A stretch of DNA of 64,000 nt, taken from NCBI GenBank assembly GCA_049968515.1, contig JBMFQR010000001.1, positions 35,154 to 99,153 on the forward strand, written 5' to 3'. Numbering within the stretch: the first letter of the stretch is position 1; each line of letters starts with the position of its first letter. Position numbers and translations under genes: made by a program. Origin of the DNA: Brevinematia bacterium (GTDB taxonomy: Bacteria; Spirochaetota; Brevinematia; Brevinematales; JAOACQ01). Positions 46,111 to 52,940 of this stretch are shown here, one piece after another. The notes under the pieces are model-generated. The model worked only from the letters and a program-made list of their open reading frames with translations. It had not been told where the DNA came from and did not search any database.

Positions 46111-47094
46111 ATGTTAAAAAAACTTACTATTTCTTTAACTCTGCTTGTGGTAATTTTCTCATGTTCTGAGGTACCTCAATCTTCATCTTCTGCGGAGGGT
46201 GTCCCTAAAAATTCTTTGCTTGTTATTGATGAAGCAAATATGTATCTGAAGTCTTACAATATTTCTTCGGGGGAAGTGAAAAGCTTGATGGAAATTGGAA
46301 ATGCTGCAAATGATATTGAGGTTGATGGAGATTATGCTTATGTTGCAGTGTCTCTTGACAATAAGCTTTTAAGAATCAATCTTCTTTCTCTCTCTAAAGA
46401 CTTTATTGACTTTGCAGGTGCCAATCCTTATAATCTCTGTCTTGATAGTGACAGAATTTATCTTACTCTTTCAGTTTCCAATAAGCTTGCTGTAGTATCG
46501 AAATCCACTTTTTCGGTTATTACGAATATCTCTCTTGTTTCCCCCGGCTATCCAATGGGAGTGAGGGTTGATGCAAATTATGTCTATGTTGCCACAAGTG
46601 ATGGGTATCCCAGCTATGGTAATAGCAGAATTGAGATTTATTCAAAGGCAAATTACTCATTGATTACAAACATTGCCACTATTCACAAAAATCCTCAGTC
46701 TTTGTGGGTTAAGAATGGTCTTGTTTATATTGCAGCAACAGGGACATACAGCAGTAATGGGGGTGTGGAAAGGCTTGCAGTTTCAAACTTTAATATAGAA
46801 AGTTTTGCAACTATTCCCTCTCCCAATCCCACTTACATCTATGGATTTGATAATTACATCTGTGTTATAGAAAGTAGCTGGGGTGGAAGTGGTGGAGTTT
46901 ATGTATATAATGAAAGCACTGCTTTGCTCACAAATCTACTCGGGGGAATTAGCCTGAAAGGTATGGAAGCAAAGGATGGTTTTCTCTATGTTTCAGAGGC
47001 TTATGCAGGTACAAAGACTTATAAAATAAATATGTCAGATTATTCTGTAAGTCAAATACCTGTTGGTGGAGGCGATATAGCAATATATAAGTAG
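46111..47094 (+). CDS. beta-propeller lipoprotein (YVTN/YncE-like repeats)
   Basis: Lipobox VIFSCSE. Six to seven repeats of the type DIEVDGDYAYVAVSLDNKLLRINL / YNLCLDSDRIYLTLSVSNKLAVVS / GVRVDANYVYVATSDG / LWVKNGLVYIAATG / MEAKDGFLYVSEAY. Confidence 0.65.
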   Translation: MLKKLTISLTLLVVIFSCSEVPQSSSSAEGVPKNSLLVIDEANMYLKSYNISSGEVKSLMEIGNAANDIEVDGDYAYVAVSLDNKLLRINLLSLSKDFIDFAGANPYNLCLDSDRIYLTLSVSNKLAVVSKSTFSVITNISLVSPGYPMGVRVDANYVYVATSDGYPSYGNSRIEIYSKANYSLITNIATIHKNPQSLWVKNGLVYIAATGTYSSNGGVERLAVSNFNIESFATIPSPNPTYIYGFDNYICVIESSWGGSGGVYVYNESTALLTNLLGGISLKGMEAKDGFLYVSEAYAGTKTYKINMSDYSVSQIPVGGGDIAIYK

Positions 47095-47099
47095 AAGGT

Positions 47100-47783
47100 T
47101 TAATTTGATTTAAAGCCTTCGATTTTTCCATTTTTTATGAAGTAGGTTTCCCTGCAGTATATTCCGAATCTTTCGTCGTGGGTTGCTACTACTATTGTCA
47201 AGCCAAGTTTGTTAAGATCTGAGAAGATGTGAAATATCTCTCTTGCAGATGTATCGTCCAGATTTGCTGTCGGTTCATCTGCAAGGAGTATTTCAGGGTT
47301 TGTTATCAGTGCCCTTGCTATGGCAACCTTCTTTTTTTCTCCGCCACTTAAAGACAAGGGCATTTTATTGACTATTGTCCCAAGCCTTAATTTTTCAGAA
47401 AGAGTTTGGAAATAAGACATCTTTGAGGAAAGGGGGATGTAGTTTATTATAACAGGTAGCAGAATATTATCCCTAACAGATATTTCATTGATAAACTTAA
47501 CATCCTGAAAAACTATTCCGAATTTTTCTCTTCTCAATTTTGAGATTTTATAATCCGGAGTTTTTGAAAGCTGAAATTTACCCCAATAAACTTCCCCGGA
47601 GGATGGTTTTAGATTTCCGGAGATTATATTTAGCAGGGTGGTTTTTCCGCTTCCTGAAGGACCGACAAAGGAGATATAGCTACCATAGTTTATATCTATG
47701 TTTATGTTAGTCAACGATGTTATGTAGGTGTTATCAGTTGAGAAATATTTTTTTGAAATATTTATTAGCTTTATATCCATCAT
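47100..47783 (-). CDS. ABC transporter ATP-binding protein (MacB/LolD/FtsE clade)
   Basis: Walker A GPSGSGKTT, signature LSGGEKKKVAIARAL, Walker B ILLADEPTANLD, H-loop VVATHD. Confidence 0.9.
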   Translation of the reverse strand: MMDIKLINISKKYFSTDNTYITSLTNINIDINYGSYISFVGPSGSGKTTLLNIISGNLKPSSGEVYWGKFQLSKTPDYKISKLRREKFGIVFQDVKFINEISVRDNILLPVIINYIPLSSKMSYFQTLSEKLRLGTIVNKMPLSLSGGEKKKVAIARALITNPEILLADEPTANLDDTSAREIFHIFSDLNKLGLTIVVATHDERFGIYCRETYFIKNGKIEGFKSN

Positions 47784-47790
47784 AGCCTCT

Positions 47791-48282
47791 TTACAGGTTT
47801 GATTCTTTTTCGAGTGAATTGATCGTTCTGAGTGAATATATTGATGAAATCAGAGAAATAAAGGCCACATCAATCAAGAAGAAGTAAAAAGAAAAAGGGG
47901 AGAAGTATTTTGAGATAAAAAATATTACAGGGATGGCAGGAATGAAGACAATGAATGCCATAAATATCTGTAGAAGTATCTGAAATAAGTGATCAAAAAT
48001 AATAAAGAGCTTTGAAGCACCAAAGCTTCTTAGTAATATAATTGAGTCCTTTTCTGATTGTATTCTTGTTATCACGAATAATATGTTGGCAAACAATGTA
48101 ATTAGAAAGACATAGGTATAGATAAAATCAGATAACTTGAAGCAAAAAAGAAAGAAAAACATTGCATTTATTAAAAAAACAAGAATTCTCCAGATAGACT
48201 GATATGCTGCACGCTTAATATTTAACCAGATTATATTTGATAAGAAACAAATTAACTTATTCAGGATGTTTCCTCCAGCCAT
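47791..48282 (-). CDS. small 4-TM membrane protein, FtsX-like permease core without periplasmic domain
   Basis: 163 aa with four predicted TM segments. The loop after TM2 carries LLRSFGASKLFI, resembling the conserved lkalGas block of FtsX/MacB permeases. No SD before the ATG; it overlaps the upstream gene by 22 nt. Confidence 0.45.
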   Translation of the reverse strand: MAGGNILNKLICFLSNIIWLNIKRAAYQSIWRILVFLINAMFFFLFCFKLSDFIYTYVFLITLFANILFVITRIQSEKDSIILLRSFGASKLFIIFDHLFQILLQIFMAFIVFIPAIPVIFFISKYFSPFSFYFFLIDVAFISLISSIYSLRTINSLEKESNL

Positions 48283-49133
48283 AAATTTTTGCCATAGATT
48301 TTCTTGATCTCGTTCAACATTGCACTTCTTTTTTGAGGTTCGGGAGACTTGATCAATATCATTTTAGCATATTTATCAAATTGTTTCAACTGAATTAGAG
48401 CTGATTTGCATTCCTCGTCGAGCTCACCACCAACAACAACAAGCGAAGGCCTGTTGTCGTTATAAATTTTTAGTAACTCCATTTTGTTGTTGGCTGTAAA
48501 TACATCTGTATCCGGATTAAAATCCGGGTAGAGGACAATCCCATTTTTTTTGGATTCTACAATCATAGATACAAGTTCAGTAAATTGCATAAATTTTTGA
48601 GCATAATTTGGATCGCCTGCTTTTAAGGGGAAGAATATCAATATACCAAATTCATCAACCTTGTAATCTATAAGTGTGCTTCTGGGGATTCTTACTTTTA
48701 CCTGATTCCACCTTATCCTATCAAGTTTTTCTCCATAAAATAAGATTGGTTCATGATATCCCTGTGAGTCCTGTCTGTATATTTCACACACACATATCAC
48801 ACTTCTTTTTCTTTTTGATGAAAGGTTCATTGTTTCAAGGTAATCAATTATTCTGTCAAGTTCGATGACAGTTTTTCTTCCGTCGGGTTGACGATAAACA
48901 TTACCAAAATTGCTAATGAGCTTGGCATATAGTTTTTCATTATATTTTATGTCAATTTCGTTCAGCTTCAGTTTCTGGTAGTATTCATAATATTCGGGTT
49001 TGAACTGTGAGCCGGCTTTAAGTCCGATTACCTGTGTTCCGGTATTTATATAAATATCATTTAGTAGTATGAGATCCAGTTCATCCTTATATTTTTCTGA
49101 TAGTATGAGTAGTTCTGATAGTTTTATTTTCAT
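48261..49133 (-). CDS. hypothetical cytoplasmic protein (290 aa)
   Basis: Long ORF with an RBS (GAGGGG). No signal peptide or TM. No family recognised. Confidence 0.5.
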   Translation of the reverse strand: MKIKLSELLILSEKYKDELDLILLNDIYINTGTQVIGLKAGSQFKPEYYEYYQKLKLNEIDIKYNEKLYAKLISNFGNVYRQPDGRKTVIELDRIIDYLETMNLSSKRKRSVICVCEIYRQDSQGYHEPILFYGEKLDRIRWNQVKVRIPRSTLIDYKVDEFGILIFFPLKAGDPNYAQKFMQFTELVSMIVESKKNGIVLYPDFNPDTDVFTANNKMELLKIYNDNRPSLVVVGGELDEECKSALIQLKQFDKYAKMILIKSPEPQKRSAMLNEIKKIYGKNLWLEETS

Positions 49134-49225
49134 AGCCCCTCTTTTTTTAAATGAATATATCTTAATCGGAAAAAGCTATCTAAAATATAAGAAATATCGA
49201 TTTCTGAATAGCTAACAGCTTCAGT

Positions 49226-50662
49226 TTAGAAGTTGAATACGTTTGTTTTTTTATCAAAGATAGTGAGAGTTTTAGTCTCTGGATTTAAAGGGTTTTTATT
49301 AATCAGAATACTGAAGCTGGCTTTCCCAATATTGTTTGTAATAATTCCAATAAATGATTCTTTTTTCACATCAAAGAGAGCCAGAACCATTTCGTTTGTT
49401 GCATTTATTCCAATGAAGAGATAATCCCAGTAATCATCATTGTTTGCTTCAACTTTTTCAATCTTCCAGAGATATTTGAAGGGAAGATTGATTTTAGTGC
49501 AATTTGTTGTCTGAATTTCGTTTGTTAATACTGAGATGGAATTTGGTTCAAGAATGTTGGTGATGACATAGTTTGTCTCTATGTTTGCCAGAAGCAATAA
49601 TGAGTCTGAAACAAAGTAGGTGTCTTTAATTCCCATTTTTTTGTCAGATACTCTTATGTTTGCTGGAATGCCACATATAAGTAATCTGAAATAGCTTTCG
49701 TTTTTAAAGTATATATCTTCGTAGAAGCAGTAGTATCTGTTTTTTAAAACAACAGAGTTTGTTATCATATCTCTGAAAAGTGCAATTGATGGTCTATATA
49801 ATATTGCTGGCATTTCATAAAAATATGAAAGATCCCTTAGCTCATTGTAGATTAATGGAAGGTTGATGTTAATTTTAAAAATTTCCTCTTTATCTTTTTT
49901 TGTAAAGCTTTTTAATGAAATCGAGTCTTTTGGTATATCATCTTTAAAAATTAAGAGAGCTTCATCTCTATATTTCTTTGAAAATAAATCTTTGCCGGCA
50001 GAGATTGATTTATTGAGATAAGCCTTCGCTTCATTTGTTTTCTGTGCAAGCAGAGAAACCTTTGCAAGGGCGTAGTAAAGATTTGGGGGCGGTAGGGTTG
50101 AGATATGTGGTTCTGACGAGCTTAAAAGTGTGTAGGCGGTTGTGGCATCTTTTTTGAAGGCGAGTAAGGAGAGTGCAAGATAGAACTTGAGTTCTTCATT
50201 GTCAATCATATTTTTTTCATTTGAAAAGTAAACTTCACTCAATATTTTATATGCCTCCTTAAAATCCCCATTTTTATATTTACATATGCCAATTCTTTGA
50301 TAGATAAAGTTTATTTCCTCTGTGTTTGAAAGAGATTTGATTAATTCTGTATAATTTGAGATTGCAGTCTCAAGGTTTTTCCTTCTTGAAAGACTATTAA
50401 TCTCAAATTCATTTGAAAGTGCAGAATGATAATTTTTAAGATTTGTTGATAAATCAAGATTAATGTAAAGATGCTTATTTGATAGAAAAGATAGAAATTG
50501 GAGATAATAAATATTATTATAGTCCCCTTTTTTTGTTGGTTCTTTACTTTCGATTTGTTTTTCGATCTTTCCTCTTGAAATCTGTTCTTCTGGTTTTATT
50601 TCTTTCTTTCCACAGGATAATATAGCAAGAAGAATGAGGGCAAGGCTTAACTTCTTTTTCAT
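49226..50662 (-). CDS. lipoprotein with TPR-like repeats
   Basis: Lipobox AILSCGKK. The central region has TPR-like helices (YQRIGICKYKNGDFKEAYKIL, YYALAKVSLLAQKTNEAKAYLNKSI). Confidence 0.5.
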   Translation of the reverse strand: MKKKLSLALILLAILSCGKKEIKPEEQISRGKIEKQIESKEPTKKGDYNNIYYLQFLSFLSNKHLYINLDLSTNLKNYHSALSNEFEINSLSRRKNLETAISNYTELIKSLSNTEEINFIYQRIGICKYKNGDFKEAYKILSEVYFSNEKNMIDNEELKFYLALSLLAFKKDATTAYTLLSSSEPHISTLPPPNLYYALAKVSLLAQKTNEAKAYLNKSISAGKDLFSKKYRDEALLIFKDDIPKDSISLKSFTKKDKEEIFKININLPLIYNELRDLSYFYEMPAILYRPSIALFRDMITNSVVLKNRYYCFYEDIYFKNESYFRLLICGIPANIRVSDKKMGIKDTYFVSDSLLLLANIETNYVITNILEPNSISVLTNEIQTTNCTKINLPFKYLWKIEKVEANNDDYWDYLFIGINATNEMVLALFDVKKESFIGIITNNIGKASFSILINKNPLNPETKTLTIFDKKTNVFNF

Positions 50663-50846
50663 TCTGAACTATATCCTTTTATCCCTTAAGTCAGGGGGTT
50701 TCTTAAAATATAGACTTTAATATTATTTTAAAAGACAAGAGGTTAAAAGTCCAGTTTTTATTCTATCCTTTTTGTCGTATTACAATCTATTAAATAACCT
50801 TCAAAAATCACCTTTTTTTCTTCGATCTTTTCTCCATTGATCAACT

Positions 50847-51758
50847 TTAATAATAAGGAGGCGGCTTTTTTACCAATTTCGCGGTGGGCTGCTTTATGCT
50901 GGTTATGGCAATATTATCTTCATTCGGTAGTTTTAGGGCGTCTACTCCGACAATTGAAAGATCGTCTGGAATCCTTACCTTTATTTCTTTTGCATACTTT
51001 ATCACGCCATAAGCCATAATATCGTTTGCTGCAAATATAGCTGTGGGTGGAGATGAGAGATTTAATAGCTTTTTGGCTGAATTATATCCAGATTCAAAAA
51101 GATAATCCCCATAAATTATGTATTTTTCATTGAGAGTAATGCTGTTTTCATATAAAGCCTTTTGATAACCTGCGAGTCTATCCCGTGATATTTTAAAGTT
51201 AAAATTTCCTGTAATATGTGCTATTCTTCTATGACCCAGATCAATTAAGTGTTTTGTCGCTATGAAACCTATGTTTACGTTATCCATAAGGATAGAAATA
51301 ATGCTTGAGTTTTCAATGTAATCCTCTATAAGAATGAAAGGCACATCTCTTTTTGATAAGTTTAGAAGAAACTCATCCTCATTTATATCACTTTCCATTA
51401 CAATAAAGCCATCCACTATGCCAGAAGAAAATTCTTCCATTATCTTTCTTCTCTTTAATGGTTCTGCATATACATTTGATATTATTACATTGTAACCAGA
51501 TGGGTTTAAGACAGATTCTATGCCATAAAGAATATCTCTGTAAAATAAATTTGTTATGTCGTCAAGGATGAAGCCTATGTGCATTGTCCTTTTTTTTGAG
51601 AGTGCTTTTGCTACAATGTTGGGTTTGTAGCCATAATCTTCAATTATCTTTAAGATTTTCTTTCTTTTCTCTTCTTTAACTCCTTTTAAATTGTTAAGAA
51701 CTCTTGATACGGTAGATTTTGAGGTTTGTGATATTCTTGCTATTTCTTCTATTGTCAT
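50847..51758 (-). CDS. LacI-family transcriptional regulator, C-terminus apparently frameshifted
   Basis: HTH MTIEEIARISQTSKSTVSRVLNN plus a periplasmic-binding-fold core. After ...ITSIKQPTA the frame gives KLVKKPPPYY-stop, while the -1 frame (50880 down to the stop at 50758) reads EIGKKAASLLLKLINGEKIEEKKVIFEGYLIDCNTTKRIE, the canonical LacI tail. Confidence 0.8.
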   Translation of the reverse strand: MTIEEIARISQTSKSTVSRVLNNLKGVKEEKRKKILKIIEDYGYKPNIVAKALSKKRTMHIGFILDDITNLFYRDILYGIESVLNPSGYNVIISNVYAEPLKRRKIMEEFSSGIVDGFIVMESDINEDEFLLNLSKRDVPFILIEDYIENSSIISILMDNVNIGFIATKHLIDLGHRRIAHITGNFNFKISRDRLAGYQKALYENSITLNEKYIIYGDYLFESGYNSAKKLLNLSSPPTAIFAANDIMAYGVIKYAKEIKVRIPDDLSIVGVDALKLPNEDNIAITSIKQPTAKLVKKPPPYY

Positions 51759-51769
51759 AAATACTCTTT

Positions 51770-51785
51770 GTGAAATCGGTTTCAC
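51770..51785. promoter_or_regulatory. LacI/CcpA-type palindromic operator GTGAAATCGGTTTCAC
   Basis: Its core TGAAATCGGTTTCA fits TGWAANCGNTNWCA at every defined position. Lies 12 nt upstream of the lacI-type ATG (51758). Confidence 0.6.
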
Positions 51786-51887
51786 TTTCCTTATTATGTT
51801 AAAAAAAATTTAAAAACTTTCAAGTTTTTGTTGACAAAAATTTAAATAAAAATGAGAATAAATTATAAAATAATTGAATTCAGTTTA

Positions 51888-51901
51888 TGAAATCGGCTTC
51901 A
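51888..51901. promoter_or_regulatory. second LacI-type operator TGAAATCGGCTTCA
   Basis: Differs from the first site by one base (T to C). Lies 19 nt upstream of the xylanase ATG (51920). A possible promoter, TTGACA (51831-51836)-17-GAGAAT, is upstream. Confidence 0.55.
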
Positions 51902-51919
51902 TTTTATCGGGAGGTTTTT

Positions 51920-52924
51920 ATGAAGAGAATGGCATTCTGTTTCCTTATTTTACTTGCCGGGCTGGCTTTTGGTGAGGAAGGGTTAAGGGTTCTGGCTGAA
52001 AAAAGGGGAATCTTCATTGGTGCAGCAGTTATGGAAAGTCAGCTTTATGATGAGAAGGCGGTGGAATTGATAAAGAATAACTATAATTATCTGACAGTTG
52101 CCAATGAGCTCAAATGGGAGAACGTTCACCCCACAAGGAAGGTGTATGCCTTTAGTAAGCCAGACAGGATATGGGAGTTTGCGGTAAGCAACAATATGAA
52201 AATGCGTGGACATACACTTATATGGCATTTGCAGAATCCTTACTGGATTGCAAAGCCGGGAACAACTTCAGAAGAGCTTAAGGAGGTTATGAGAGTTCAT
52301 ATTTCCAATGTTGTGGGTCATTACAGAGGAAAGATAAGAGACTGGGATGTTGTAAATGAGGCAATGGATGAGAACGGCAATTTAAGAGAAAACATCTGGC
52401 AGCTTATTATAGGAGAGGAGTATATTGAGCATGCATTTAGATGTGCACACGAGGCAGACCCTGATGCAAAGCTTTTCATAAATGATTATAATATAGAGGA
52501 AATAAATCCAAAATCTGATGGGCTTTACAATCTTGTAAAGAAACTAAAAGATAAGAATGTTCCCATCCATGGGGTTGGTTTTCAGTTTCATCTTGATGGA
52601 AGATGGGAGCCTGATTATGCTTCAATTAAGGCGAATTTTAAGAGATTTAAAGATCTCGGGCTTGATATTCAGATTACCGAACTGGATGTAAGAATACCAA
52701 AAGACTTTAAGCAGGAGGATCTGGACAGACAGGCAAGGATTTATAAAGAATTATTAAAGATATTTTTAGCTTCAGGTGGTAATACCTTTGTAATGTGGGG
52801 AATTGGTGACAGATTCAGCTGGGTTCCTTCATTCTTTCAGGGTTTTGGCGCAGCTTTAATCTTTGATGAGGATTATAAACCAAAACCAGCATATTTTAAG
52901 CTAAAAGAGGTACTTTCAAAATAA
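51920..52924 (+). CDS. endo-1,4-beta-xylanase, glycoside hydrolase family 10
   Basis: Signal peptide. GHTLIWH, WDVVNEA (acid/base Glu), FINDYN and ITELDV (nucleophile Glu). ATG at 51920 after GGGAGG. Confidence 0.92.
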   Translation: MKRMAFCFLILLAGLAFGEEGLRVLAEKRGIFIGAAVMESQLYDEKAVELIKNNYNYLTVANELKWENVHPTRKVYAFSKPDRIWEFAVSNNMKMRGHTLIWHLQNPYWIAKPGTTSEELKEVMRVHISNVVGHYRGKIRDWDVVNEAMDENGNLRENIWQLIIGEEYIEHAFRCAHEADPDAKLFINDYNIEEINPKSDGLYNLVKKLKDKNVPIHGVGFQFHLDGRWEPDYASIKANFKRFKDLGLDIQITELDVRIPKDFKQEDLDRQARIYKELLKIFLASGGNTFVMWGIGDRFSWVPSFFQGFGAALIFDEDYKPKPAYFKLKEVLSK

Positions 52925-52940
52925 AATAAGGTGGGTAAAT

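Noticed and set aside
50870-50895. Programmed -1 ribosomal frameshift in the LacI-type gene
   Set aside because: The shift site (ACC GCG AAA TTG) has no X XXY YYZ slippery heptamer and no obvious downstream stimulatory structure. A mutation or sequencing error is more parsimonious.
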